Source of the DNA: Fimbriosthenelais zetlandica
Taxonomy: Eukaryota
Assembly (NCBI GenBank): GCA_977030845.1
Contig: OZ365118.1
Location: 21,328,001-21,392,000 of the forward strand
Length of the DNA stretch: 64,000 nucleotides
Reading direction: 5' to 3'
The notes under the pieces are model-generated. The model was not told the DNA's origin and searched no databases. It saw nothing but the letters and a program-made list of their open reading frames with translations. Shown in pieces: positions 1 through 12,300 of the stretch. A program made the position numbers and the translations under genes. The stretch's first letter is position 1; every line of letters begins with the position of its first letter.

Positions 1-36
1 GGGAAGCAAGAAGTGGCATGTTTCCGCCAAGACCTG
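1..36 (-). CDS. Possible exon truncated by the window edge, with a NAGNAG acceptor (phase-2 reading (S)RSWRKHATSCF...)
   Basis: Minus strand reads CTATCATTTCAG|CAG|GTCTTGG. The frame is open to the edge. No donor is visible. Confidence 0.2.
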
Positions 37-1470
37 CTGAAATGATAGATGCTTTCTGAGGCTTGGCTGGGGAGATAGGGTTTTTGGTGAATAAAGTAGG
101 GTACAAGGAAAAGAAAGTCTGTACTGCTAATGCCTTTTGTGTGTCTGAATGTGTTGAAGTGCAGTTTCCTGCAAAGTGAGAGATGGTGTGGTCTGTTTTA
201 TAAAGATATGCACGATTAGCATTGGGTAACTCACTGTATCTTTATTATGAAATAGACCCCATGAGTTAGGCTAGTTTATGCAATAAGCAACTGGTTGGCC
301 ACAGTGAAGACACTCTATCCCTCACCCATTGACTAGTCGAGTAAAAACAGCCAACACTAAACCATTGTTGAATGGGAAGTGATCTTTTTTAAAAGAAAAC
401 GACAATTTGTATCTTGTCTGGTAGAAGTTCAGGGAAGATATATAGGTTTTTAAAAGGCATGTATACCGATACTCTGTCAAGTTTTGTGACATATCTTTCT
501 AAACTAAACTGTCAACACTTAGAGACATAATGACAGTGGTGTCACAGTATTGTCACACATTGGGGAGGAACTAAATGTATCAGGGACATTTTCCCATAAC
601 TTTTTTTGTGCACACAAATTGTTTACATTGATAGAACTGATAAGTGCGCCAACCAGGCACCAATCTAACAAAAAGATACTGTAAAATGGTCGATGATATA
701 TGACTTATTGTGACAAAAGTATATGAAAGAAGAGTGGATAACTAACAAAAGACAGATGATCAGCTGTCAACAATCGCAGGTCAATAGCAAGACATGGAGC
801 ATTGCTACAGTCCAGAGACAGAGACAGAAATAACAGTTGCTACCCCAGAAACACATATCTACAGACACACATTTGCATTTTGACCCATGCCCCCACCCCC
901 GAACCATCAAGAACCCCCTATTGTTATTTCCTTGCCCTTGGAAAGTTTATATCCGTCAAAAGCTGGTCAAAGCAGAAGTCTTTGTTCTGTGTGATCCTTG
1001 GCCCCACCAAATGAAAACACACATCCGTCTTGTTGACTTAGCCAAATAATATTTGAAATACTTTAAAGAAACAGCCATTGGATTGAAAAATAACAAAGAA
1101 TATTGCCTTTCAAGGAATATGTCCAGGAGAGAAAACAAGACATAGAACGTTAATGAATAACAAATGTCGCAATCTATTCAACGAGTGCATGGGCACGCAC
1201 AGCCACTCAAAACAAGGGGTAGGTAATTTTAAGGTTCAGATAATATTTGAACCTAATATCCAGGTCCATTATATAAAAGAATTAGAGCCATGGTGGACAG
1301 CACCCTGAGATATATTTATGGTATGTTGGGAAATTTGAGCCATATGATGCAAGAATAATTACATGCAAAAATGCTGCAGACTACAGAGAGATAAGTATCA
1401 AAATGGACTGACTGTTCTATTCACCACATAACAAACACCTAGAGGTGTGAAAAGGTATTTTTCTTCTCAC

Positions 1471-1518
1471 CTGGAGTCATCCACGATAGGGTACCAACTG
1501 CCAAAAGGGGCTACATAC
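1471..1518 (-). CDS. 48-nt symmetric phase 2-2 exon, (R)YVAPFGSWYPIVDDS(R)
   Basis: Acceptor TTTTTTGTCATTTCAG| and donor CAG|GTGAGA. Only the phase-2 frame is free of stops. It could instead be the 3' extension of a first exon starting MFWKSYQINSDVFCHF. Confidence 0.55.
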
Positions 1519-1828
1519 CTGAAATGACAAAAAACATCACTGTTAATTTGGTATGACTTCCAAAACATGTATAGACTCCAACCAGCCAAATAATATAAAG
1601 AGATATTCAATTGACAGATCTGCAGGAAAGTCATTGAGTTTTCAACAGAAATCTTCAAAACAATACAACAGTATCCAATGCTTAATATTTAACAAGAGAA
1701 ATTGTCAAATATAAACACAAAGTCAACACAGAAAATTGAACAGAAATCTTTTTAAATATATAAACATCCAGTGTAATGTATACAATAAAGTATATAATGT
1801 CAATGAATGGATGGAGGCTGTCACTCAC

Positions 1829-1950
1829 CCCTTGTCCCCTGTATGACTAGTTGATCTAGCCTTTGACGGGGCGGGACATTTGTTACCCGTTCTCTTACTC
1901 CTCCAGCTAGTACCACCATGGCACCATACCCCGTCACCTACACTCATCAT
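1829..1950 (-). CDS. Candidate alternative first coding exon, MMSVGDGVWCHGGTSWRSKRTGNKCPAPSKARSTSHTGDK(G), phase-2 donor
   Basis: GCCATCATG start context, 40 open codons plus 2 nt, donor GG|GTGAGT. Confidence 0.5.
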
Positions 1951-2259
1951 GATGGCTAGACACTAACAACAATACCCTGGAGGAAGCCTTTCATCCCCAC
2001 CATTAATCCAGGGTGGTCTCTTCACCTTCCTCCATGGGGGTGGGTATACACATACACACCTCCAGTGTGTGTGGATGTGTTAGTGATAGTGGCTGAGGGA
2101 ACACACTACATGTGTGAGATAAGGTAGTGAGTGAGAGAGTGAGTAAAAGTTTTCCTCCTGGGTTAGGGATGGAGCAGTGCCACCACCAGTCGCTACTCCT
2201 CCTGTGACTGGAGTTGGTGTGACTGGTGGGTCTCCTCCTCCTCCTCCATCACCCCTCAC

Positions 2260-2381
2260 CACTCCATCCTAATCCTCCAGTGGGAGCTACAGTCCCTCTC
2301 CACCCATACTGCTGGCACACTTCCAGGGTAAAGAACTAAAGTAAACCCACCAACTTCCTCAGTGGTTCTAAAATATACCAT
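2260..2381 (-). CDS. Candidate alternative N-terminal exon, MVYFRTTEEVGGFTLVLYPGSVPAVWVERDCSSHWRIRME, phase-2 donor
   Basis: Donor TG|GTGAGG. A strong acceptor TTTCAATTTTTCAG| at 2502/2501 lies upstream, and the frame is open from it to the donor. Confidence 0.35.
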
Positions 2382-2865
2382 CACCCATACAACCCCGTCA
2401 TTCTGGTGTCCATCAAATAGACTGACCAAGCGCCAATGACCATCAAAATATTTGTCAAGACAACCACTCTTCGAAGCTTTTGCTTGTTGCCTATGGGCAA
2501 CCTGAAAAATTGAAATGAGAAATCTTGAGTTTACCAAGCCTGCAGTTTTCTAAACAACAACTTCAGAACCCTTCCTACACCCATAACCTTCCCAATATAT
2601 CAGCCTAGGTATAAGATGTATGCCACTTTCTCACAGAAGGACTGTAGTCGTCCAGCGTGTTGCTAACCCATTGAGGGCCCTGTGAGAGGAGTGAGAGATA
2701 GGGCTGATCCTACTCCAGGGTGTACGTCCAGGTGTGAGCACTACATCTATAAACACAATGAGTCAGGAGGCTTCACAAGGCCGTCATACAACCCACCTGG
2801 CTGCTATCTCTATATGGTCTTATCTATCACACACTTTATCAATCACAGCTGTATGAGTTATCAAT

Positions 2866-2990
2866 ACCCAGTGCTGCTAACTGGGATATAAAAACCCCAG
2901 CCATGTCTCCCACTGTCTGTGGTGGGATCAAAAGAACTACTGCAGCCGTTGGGGAAAAGCAGGCCATTGTGACCAATAACGTGTTTCCTT
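2866..2990 (+). mobile_element. SINE family body copy
   Basis: CCCAGTGCTGCTAACTGGGATAT...GCCATGTCTCCCACTGTCT...AAAAGAAC...GTGTTTCCTT matches the other copies. Confidence 0.8.
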
Positions 2991-4252
2991 CTCGTCTCTT
3001 TAAACAACCTTGTCAGAGGACAATTGCATCTCTGTTCAGATAATCTTTTATCCATAATTCTCTAGTAAAATTTCATTAAAACTGAACAGGGAAGATAATG
3101 TGCAGCCCCTGGGAGAGGGGGAAACCCCTAAGGAAGATGGGTAGGAGGGAAATGAGTGTAGATCCATCCATCAAAGGCCTGTCATTGATATACTCCGTGA
3201 CACCTAGTGTTCAGGGTAGGTCTCTACAGGGCTAATATATGAGGTGCTTCAGGTTAAAGTGTAGCTGGCACCGAGTATAGAGAGGGTGATAATCTATGCT
3301 GATTATTAACGGGGGAGGCTGTCTCATCAGTCAGGGGAGGGGATTTGTCAGTACTGTCAGCAGATATGCCAGTACTGTCAGCTGTTTCCGTCTAACTTTA
3401 GTGATAATGACAAAGTGAGTATCAAAGCGATCTTTGTAGAGATGATCTCAGCAAGGGCCCGTTTCATAATTTGTGGGATATTTTTTATGAAACAAGTCCT
3501 AAGTTAATGGAAGGCTGGGTAATCCTTTTAGTACTAGAAACACCCAGATCTTAATTTACATAAAGTATCAAATCTTAAATCCCAATTGAAAGGTCCAAAA
3601 TACGTGAGAAATATATTAGAAAATCCACTCAGAGATATATAAATAACTATGGTAAATGTATTGTACTTTAATATGTTAGAGAAATCAATTTATGGACAGA
3701 AGAAGTTAATAGAAATGTACCCAACACCTGAGGCTTTGGAACAAAAGCTTCTCAGCGTTGAGAGATGTGAGCATGCACACCCAACACTGGAGTTTCTCAT
3801 GCCACATGCTCCTCACAGGCTCCATCTTTACCCCGGTGGGTCATACGCCAATCACCTGGATCTCAATCTGCTCACAGATGCCCCTGAGACTGAGTTACTC
3901 ATGTGTTAGAGTGAGTCAGTGAGGGATAACAACATATAGTATACTCTGTGATGGTTCAACTTCAGGGATGGCACCAAGGTTTGGTAACTGGATGGGTAGA
4001 GGATGAGCAGCTCTGAGCATAAGCTGGCAAGGACTATACTCGGAGTTGAGAAGGTAATATATGCATCAAAACATATCGCTTCAGGGTTTTGTTTCTAATG
4101 TTTCTGACTCATTTCGTTATTCATTCACCAGAGTTCGGTGACTATTCAGTCGACTTGCTCGTTCCAGTTTTCATAGGAAGTTATAAGATAAATGAGATAT
4201 TCTTTCTTAATTAGATAATGACAAACTGACTTATAATTTATGGATATTTGTA

Positions 4253-4380
4253 NNNNNNNNNNNNNNNNNNNNNNNNNNNNNNNNNNNNNNNNNNNNNNNN
4301 NNNNNNNNNNNNNNNNNNNNNNNNNNNNNNNNNNNNNNNNNNNNNNNNNNNNNNNNNNNNNNNNNNNNNNNNNNNNNNNN
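4253..4380. other. Assembly gap (128 N)
   Basis: Run of N. Confidence 1.
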
Positions 4381-6705
4381 GATGGGTAAAGTTGATGGCA
4401 TTGAAGCTATTGAATGGGTAATAAGTTACTACGAATGCTTCCCACTCAGACAAGACGAGAGGGCAGTAGAGTGATTCAGGCACCGCTCACCTCCAGCAGG
4501 GACCGTGGAGCCACCGTCAACTAACGTCCTCCAGAGCATTCACCCTAGACTTGCCCTGGTCCACACATACAAATATTCGGAATGTATTTATCAATACTTA
4601 GACAAAAGACCAGGGACTCTTTCTGCCCCAAGAATCCATGATGAAAATACAATTTCGTTTCCTTGTTTTCATGATTGAAAAGAATGCTTTTTACATTTGG
4701 AAATTTGATTTAAACAAAATCAAGGACTTGGTAAAGTCTACACTCTATTCTGACACTCTAAGGACAGGTGCAGGAGGAGAAGGACCAGGAGAGAGAGGGT
4801 GGGAACTTTAGTGGATGTACTTATAAAAAGTACGTCAAACACTTATAGAGGGAGACAGTTTCAATAGGAGGAGGCTGTATGAAACAGTAGCCCACTGAGC
4901 GTTATGAGATTCATGTGTAATAGAGATAGATACAAGCTTATCTTCAATCCTTACTGTCTAAATAAAGCATTTACCGCAGTAAAGACCGCAGGAAGATAGC
5001 TTCCATACTTTATGGGGAAGTCATTGATAAAAGCCATATTTCTGCTTTAAGTTCCCTTTGACTCAGGATTTTTTCATCTTCATTTTTGAAGTTAATATCT
5101 TGATTAACCCAGCCATGTACGTACATGGCTGTGGAGGCAGAAGTTGTCAATTCATCATCTACCCCCCCCCCCCCCCCCCGCCCATTCACCCATGTTTTAT
5201 CAATTATACAAGACTTCACAATGTCTGATCCACCATAACCCTCAACATAGCTGACACTAAAAACCAAACAATCACTACATAAAGGCTGCCCGACACGGGG
5301 CCTTTACCACAAAGCTTTCACAACACCCATCTGGAAATGATACGACCATATGACATAATATCTTTATACATTCTAATAACATGGGCGAGACAAAGAACTT
5401 TCCCACAGCACCACAACTTTTGTCTTACTTCTCATTTTCATATCTTTTTAACCGCTCGGTTTGGTAAGATTTTAGAACAACTAGAGAAGATTTTTTAGCT
5501 ATTGGCCTTATTGAAACTGCTGAAATTTGAAAATTCTACTTATTAAAATGGGATGATTTTAATTTATAATATATATGGAAAATACAAATATATTCAGATG
5601 CAAATATACAAAGAAAAAATGCATGACGTGAAGAAGAGGGGCGTTGGTTAACCTGCATGAAGTAAGACTAAACCCTTTGATGTCCAGAAGATCAAAGGTC
5701 TGGAGCAGAGAGAGAACACTGCGTGTCCACTCCACATCTAGTATCATATTGGCACCAGGGCCTTTCTCCCCTTACCCACCCTAGACTTGCCCAAATTTTA
5801 TCTTTGTTTTGCTCTTTTAGACAAAAACCTGCCAAATTAGAGTCATTTCATAGAAGGGATCCAAAATAAGGCGAGCCAGGAGAAGGGGCGTCCGATGGAA
5901 ATTGTAGATTGCCTTAGTATTATTTTATTGGACTGATCATTCAATCAAAGGATCAATCAATTAGTGATGTCGGAGGGTGGGGGTTGAGTCAATGATCAAT
6001 GGAGCTGTGACTCTAGTCCTATCACAGGGACGAGGGCTAGAGTAGGAAAGTACATATATATAGGCCACTACTGTCATAGAGAGGAGGGCTAGTCTACCCT
6101 CCCGCCCCACCCCCACCTGTCAGTGGGGGTGATAAGTTTCCCCTTACAAGGATCTTTACACCCATTCCAGGGTTATAATAAACCAGGATCTAACCGTGAC
6201 CAGAGACTCGCTGACATCCACCATCAACACCACCACCAACATCAACACCACCACCAACATGGCCTCGTGTCTCATCCAAATCTCATGATTCATTCACAAA
6301 TTAATTGAAATATCAATAGTTCTGGAAGACAGTAGAATAATGATTCGCAATCGAACTCTGAAATGATGTCCACACATTAGACCTTTTTTTACTCAATAAA
6401 TGTGTTACGTAACATCAAAATCAGCATTGTTTCTCTATTTAAAATTTCATAAGAGATGATGTTTAGAATCCCTTTGTTAAGCATATGATATATAGACAAA
6501 CTTTTATGATGAATATCTGAACTTTTATAAAAGTTTCCCTTATAATAGAGATATATATGTGTAAGGTTTTGTGATTGTTGTGTGGTTGTCATCCAGTCCC
6601 TCGCTTGACTGACCACTCCACCCAGCCACACACCCCCATACTACACGAGATGCTGACCCCCTGACGACCACCAACCCAACCATGATGACCCCCGCCAGCC
6701 TCCCA

Positions 6706-6719
6706 GTTACCATGACAAC
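6706..6719. promoter_or_regulatory. RFX X-box
   Basis: GTTACCATGACAAC matches GTYNCCATGRNAAC. Confidence 0.6.
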
Positions 6720-6837
6720 ACAATAACAAATCACTTCTAGGAAATAGAAGGGCTCACTGACAAGGTGCAGAATCACGGGCTCGGCTGCCAGGATATCTTA
6801 ACCGCAAAATACATGTCAACAAGGCCATGTTAATACA

Positions 6838-6934
6838 AGTAATGGTTCTTTTACATGCCCCTCGCCATAGATAGTGGGAGACATGGCTGGCCTTTGATAT
6901 CCCAGTTAGCAGCACTGGGTGCAGGAGGACAATG
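6838..6934 (-). mobile_element. SINE family body copy
   Basis: AATGGTTCTTTTACATGCC...GACATGGCTGGCCTTTGATATCCCAGTTAGCAGCACTGGGT is near-identical to the copy at 8.2 kb. Confidence 0.85.
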
Positions 6935-7409
6935 CTTGGGTAATTGATTATGAATACGATTGAAAATCTAAGCTAATTTATTTTTTCTGGATTACATCCC
7001 ATTTTATTGCAATCAAGAATGACTTTCCTAAAAGAAACTCCAGAAAACTGCGAGTTTCTGTCAACAGAATTTAAGAACGTCTATTCCTTACAATACCTAA
7101 GTTTTTCTGCGAGGATTTTTATGAAAACAATAGGGGTGATATACAATATCATTGGTGGGCATTACAATACGCCCTAAGTTGTCTAGGAGATGTTAAACAA
7201 ATATTTATGAAAGAACTGCATCACCATTGGGGATAAAACAATTCGCGTCCTGTCTATTTCCCCCTATATTTCTTTGTAAAAAAGCCATTTTGGGACATAA
7301 ATCCAGGGATATCTGGCAGATAACAGTGAGTGATATCGATTCATCAGAGTGGTATGTCTAGGTCTATTATCTGATTTTCATTCAGTCACTCCCCCAGGCC
7401 CGTCCTGGT

Positions 7410-7550
7410 GTTGACATGGTCCAGAACTATGTGAGCTAACATGACGTCTGGTAACAGCTGGTTGCTAAGGAGCAGGCGTCTCATCTGTTGACATGGCAAC
7501 CAGAGCCAACCTGGAGATGACTAGACCTGGTCCTGTCTACGTCACTAGGC
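7410..7550. promoter_or_regulatory. RFX/CRE-like enhancer module
   Basis: GTTGACATGGCAAC at 7487-7500 (1 mismatch), GTTGCTAAGGAGC at 7461, GTTGACATGG at 7410, TGACGTCT at 7442, and TACGTCAC near 7540, in a GC-richer patch. Confidence 0.5.
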
Positions 7551-8170
7551 GGCGACATGTCCGCACTTTCATCTCAACAAACTTATACAGGGTGTCCACG
7601 TGATTTAGTTTTTCAAATTTAATTTTTACAAAGCTTAAATTTTCATCTCAAACCTTTAAGGAAATCCAATGTTTTCCACATTATATTCCCTACAATTCCT
7701 TATACAGTCTAAATCAATAGGGATTTAATAGTCTACATGAAGGGACATTGAATGATCAGAGCAGCATTTAGGTGCTTAAAGCCACGTGAATAACCTTGGA
7801 AAGCTGTGGGTGAGGTACTTTACACAGGGGTTGGATTTGAACAACCTTGCCCTCCTCTATTCGCCAGAGAAGGCAGGAAAACAATATTGTCAGGTGATAA
7901 TATTTAGTTCTGGATTAGTGGCAGTGCAGGGTATTCAGCCTTGAAGGTTGGCAACCGTAGGAGGGATTTCTCTACCCTCCTACTAGACCCTCCACGGACC
8001 CTCATGACGATAGGCCAAGGCAAATTAATGTTTCTGGTAACAAAGCCATTATTTCAATCTATTCGACTTGACAATGCAGATACACAACTAAGTTATGGGA
8101 AATTAGGCATGGGTGATTAAATGACTTGCTTCACGTTCAGACAGAAATTTATCAGATATCTCAGGGCGAT

Positions 8171-8311
8171 AGGAAACACGCTGTCGGGAGACAATAGCAT
8201 CCTCATATCGAATGGCAGCAATGGTTCTTTTACATGCCTCACCATAGACAGTGACAGACATGGCTGGCCTTTGATATCCCAGGTAGCAGCACTGGGTGGA
8301 GCAAGACAATG
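8171..8311 (-). mobile_element. SINE family body copy (longest, least diverged)
   Basis: Shares the full core with the copies at 38.5 kb and 61.9 kb. Confidence 0.85.
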
Positions 8312-8712
8312 ACAATGAAATCAGATATTTTAAATAGACCAAATATATATGGACAAATTTAGTGTATAATATGGAACAAGTATGTGTTTTTCTTGGCCTG
8401 ATCATGATCCTTATCATTTTGGGGTTTGCCAAGGACAGTAGAAAGGGCCACCAACGACCTCGCCAAGATATTTATACATAAATAAGAGATAATCCTGGTG
8501 AGGCGGCATCATTTCTGGCGTGAGAAAAGAGAAGGGAAGTTAAACAGGGAAAAAGAGAGGCCCTTTCCTTTATGTTTTAGCGCCTGTTTAATGTTTTAAG
8601 GCTGGGATCATATGTTTTTTAACGCCTGGAACATGAGGATAAGAGAAGACAGAGGGGAGCGAGGCGGGGGGGCAGGCGCCTGTTATTAACAGGCAAACAC
8701 CGTGTATGTGGA

Positions 8713-8713
<1 letters not shown>

Positions 8714-8782
<69 letters not shown>
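8714..8782. repeat. (TA)n microsatellite, about 34 units
   Basis: Directly visible. Confidence 0.97.
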
Positions 8783-8785
<3 letters not shown>

Positions 8786-9318
8786 AATGTGAGCCGGCAA
8801 TATTAGCACTACTTACTCAAATATGGGCTGTATTTCTTTTATTGCTTGGGTTGTTATTTTGTTTCTTTTTAGATTAGATTTTTTCTTTAAATTGTGTCTT
8901 TTTTAGGGGGAGGGGTGCTGGGGGTTGGGTGTAGGTCCCCAGTCATGGGGTGGGTGTGTGTTGGGAGGTGGGGCTGGAGAAAGTACTTGGGATGTTGATG
9001 ACATTCTTGTGTATTATTCATTTTTTCAGCATCCCTCTTCACCTCGCCTCTCCAGTTAGTGTATGGTGAATGTGAGGTGGAATGTTGCCAAGCAGGCTAT
9101 GTTTTAATGTTGACCAGTCAATGTCGGCAATCATGACAAAAACCATCAAACTGTCAACATTCTCTTGTCAGATGTAAACTTCATGGCAGGACTAAGGAGT
9201 AGGCATCATTGTCTCCCCTCCTCTCTTCAATGCCTCCACTTTGCCACGCTCTTTGAGAGATGGAGACGAAGGGAGGTAGAGAAGAGAAGATCCCATTGAT
9301 GAGACGGGGCTCAAAACG

Positions 9319-9354
9319 GGTTCAAAGGTCAAAGGTTATCAAGGGTCAAGGTCA
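9319..9354 (+). promoter_or_regulatory. Chain of five nuclear-receptor-type half-sites (DR1-DR1-DR4-DR0)
   Basis: GGTTCA-a-AGGTCA-a-AGGTTA-tcaa-GGGTCA-AGGTCA; includes TCAAGGTCA. Confidence 0.35.
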
Positions 9355-12300
9355 GAAAATGAGCCCTCAGTGTGGCAGAAGAAGAGTGCATAGTGACAGA
9401 TGCAGATCTTTCAGTGCACCCCGTCATTTTTTTCTTCTGAACAGAGATAAAAGATGGGAGAATGAGAGTTGAGTTTCTGTCGCCAGGTCTCGGTTTCTCT
9501 GATGGATAATCGCCCGCCGTCCTTTCTCACAGAAGTAATTTCTTTTCTGGGCTCGTAGCACACAAACCCCAATCATAAGGCATGACTATCTATGATGATG
9601 AGCTCAATGATCAGAAGAATTTCTAAAATCTTGGTGCTTTACATTTGCTTTAAGGCATATATGCATTGGTGCAGTGTAGGCCCTACTCCCAATGGCCCAA
9701 ACTAATCAATAGAACATTTCATTGATGCTTTTTGCCGATCTATTTTCCCATTGGTTTAAGGTCAACCGATGTCAAACCGATGGACAAATCGGCTCAGGAG
9801 AGTCCGTGCTTAACCCATCTTTAATTGGACCTGCCGTATGTGTATTGAAAATGATTTCATATTGAGTTTTTTTATTCCGAGAGAGCAGGCCTAATGATAA
9901 ACAGACCAACAGCTGTGCTGTCATTTTTTCCACCTCAAGGCCCATTTATAAGGCATGTAAAAACACTTATATCTCATTTTTCAAGCGGTGAGGACTTTTT
10001 TTATACCTTAGGGCATGAAAGACATAGTATTTGGGTATGTGTACTTAAGACAATATAGCAGGAAAAGATCTATACCCCCATACCAATGCTTTGTTGGATA
10101 TTGTATTTGGTGCTTCCAAGAATTATATTTGAATAGACCTGAAGCATCCCATTTATTTTCTATACCTGAGACTTGGGTTAAACAAAGGCGATTTCTCTAT
10201 CAGTTGGAAAATGATTCCTTCATAAAAGAATCCATTACTTTTGTCTCAGTTAGTTGACTACTCTAAATCACTTTAAGGGAGAAATCACAAGGCATTTCGA
10301 TGAATTTGTGTTGCATTTTAAGGTTAACAGATATCCTACCAATTGCTGACTGGTCTGGTGTAACCGAGCCCTAACTGGGAGTGTGTTGGGGCGCCATGGG
10401 CGTGCCTTACAAGGCTGGGAGGAACACAAAGAGGAATCATATCCATCAATGTTGATTGGTGATTCTGCCAGAGGGGCCAATGTTAAAAACAAACCAGCGC
10501 AAATACATACACCCACAGACCCCTCCCTGGCTAAAACAATGAGGTTTAATTTTGAAAATCATGCTTCTTTTTTGATTGATTGGTGGAGCGGCAGCAGCAG
10601 GGGCCATATAACCTAGCCACCCCTGTAAATGATAGTTTCCACGGGTCATCGGGGCCGCATTATTTAGTACCAAGGGCCGTATTATTTTTTGCCTCCAAGC
10701 ACCGCTCGTTTTCCATTACATTAAGATAGCAATCCCTACATGAATCCATCTCCCGTGGAAGAAAAGTGACATAATTCTTTTCTTTGATAAAAATGTGGCA
10801 AAAAAGACACGTGTCTGGAATTGCTTGGAATTTATTTCCCATGAGCTAAGCTAATATACATCTACGCTCCCAGAGATTTTTTTTACGTGCATACCTAAAA
10901 CAAGAACAAATAAACTGTGCCATGTCTTGTTGGTTTAATTCCTTCCATCTTCTCTGCACTAAGTTTTAGACCACATGTCTATCTAGGGCTGAATAAATAT
11001 ATTTCATTTGCAGCACTTATAAAACGCCCAACTGATAATCGCCTGGGAAAATTTCATTTCTTATCCTTCAGGATTCAATTTATATCAGTCCAGAGCTATT
11101 TCTGTAAAAAGAACAATATACATAAAGATTGCCTCAAAGGCTGTGAGTTTTTTAAATGAAATTCTCCAACCACTTGTGCTGATAACGGAAATACTTTTGA
11201 TAATTGCATCATTATAAGAATGGGATGGACAAATCACTTTTGCTTTGAGTCCATGAAAAAAGTGGTGGACTCGAAATCGTAATTGCTTTGGCTACACTAG
11301 ATGCAATTTTATCTAAGTGTATCATTTGGTTTTATAACCAAATAATGAAGAGTGAATGAGCAATTAGATGGGATGACTATAACTCAGGAGTGGTGAGTAA
11401 GAGGTATGTAAAAGAAGGCTGAAGAGCGATAGAGCTGCAGCTCACTTAGTCTGTTAACAAGGCGTTTCAAGATCTATTCTGACAAATGGGAGAAAAGAAC
11501 AAAGCCTGTCTATAGCAAGCTAGTGAGGACTTAGACTTAAAGGTTTAAGCCAAGCAGGAGATGCGGAAGACTTGTACTCAGAAGCATGTTTTACTTAATA
11601 TGGGTAGTCCCAAAATCAGAGAGAAAACATGTGAAAATATCCCCAAAACCTCAAATCCTAAACGTTACTTGGCCTTACTATTGACCTACAGTATTAGTGA
11701 AAAATCTGTGTACGCTTTAGAAAAATTTGTGTACGAAAAGGTCATAGGTTGATGGGACAGAGAAAGTTGTTATACCTACCTTGAAACAAAGTACATATCT
11801 TAAAGTGTGTAATTCATTTTTGGTGATACTGTACAGTGTAGGAAAGGGTAACAGTGCATAATCGTAGATTTTCAGCCACTACCAGAAACTTTTCTATCTT
11901 TTAGACCTAATATTAGAGACTGTGGGACTTGTATAAACTGTTGAAGCATTCAGACACACTCTCACACATTCATCATCATTTATAAAGCTGGAAGTAAATA
12001 AAGCCGTGAGAGATAAAAGAGGAGGGCGGGGGGGTAGGACAACTTGGGTGGTAGAGCAAATTAGTCAGCGTCCCATGTAAGACGTGGGTTTGTGAATAGG
12101 GAGGTGGGTGGACAGGGAGAGGTATGGCTACACAGGACAAAGCGGGGCTGGCAATGATGTACTGTATACACTCTACTAATAGTTAGAGAAATGTGTCTGA
12201 AGGAGGGGAGGAGATACATGGAAAAGTATGGGTGATTTTAACATAACACAAAATATTTTATTTTGAATTATGTGAATATTAATAACATTTTTGAATTCTA

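Noticed and set aside
2160-2330. Pro-rich plus-strand reading DGAVPPPVATPPVTGVGVTGGSPPPPPSPLTTPS*SSSGSYSPSPP
   Set aside because: In-frame stop, low complexity and no convincing splice sites.
4491-4539. MLWRTLVDGGSTVPAG with donor GAG|GTGAGC
   Set aside because: Phase 1, incompatible with the phase-2 set. It may be a non-coding exon or uORF, or chance.
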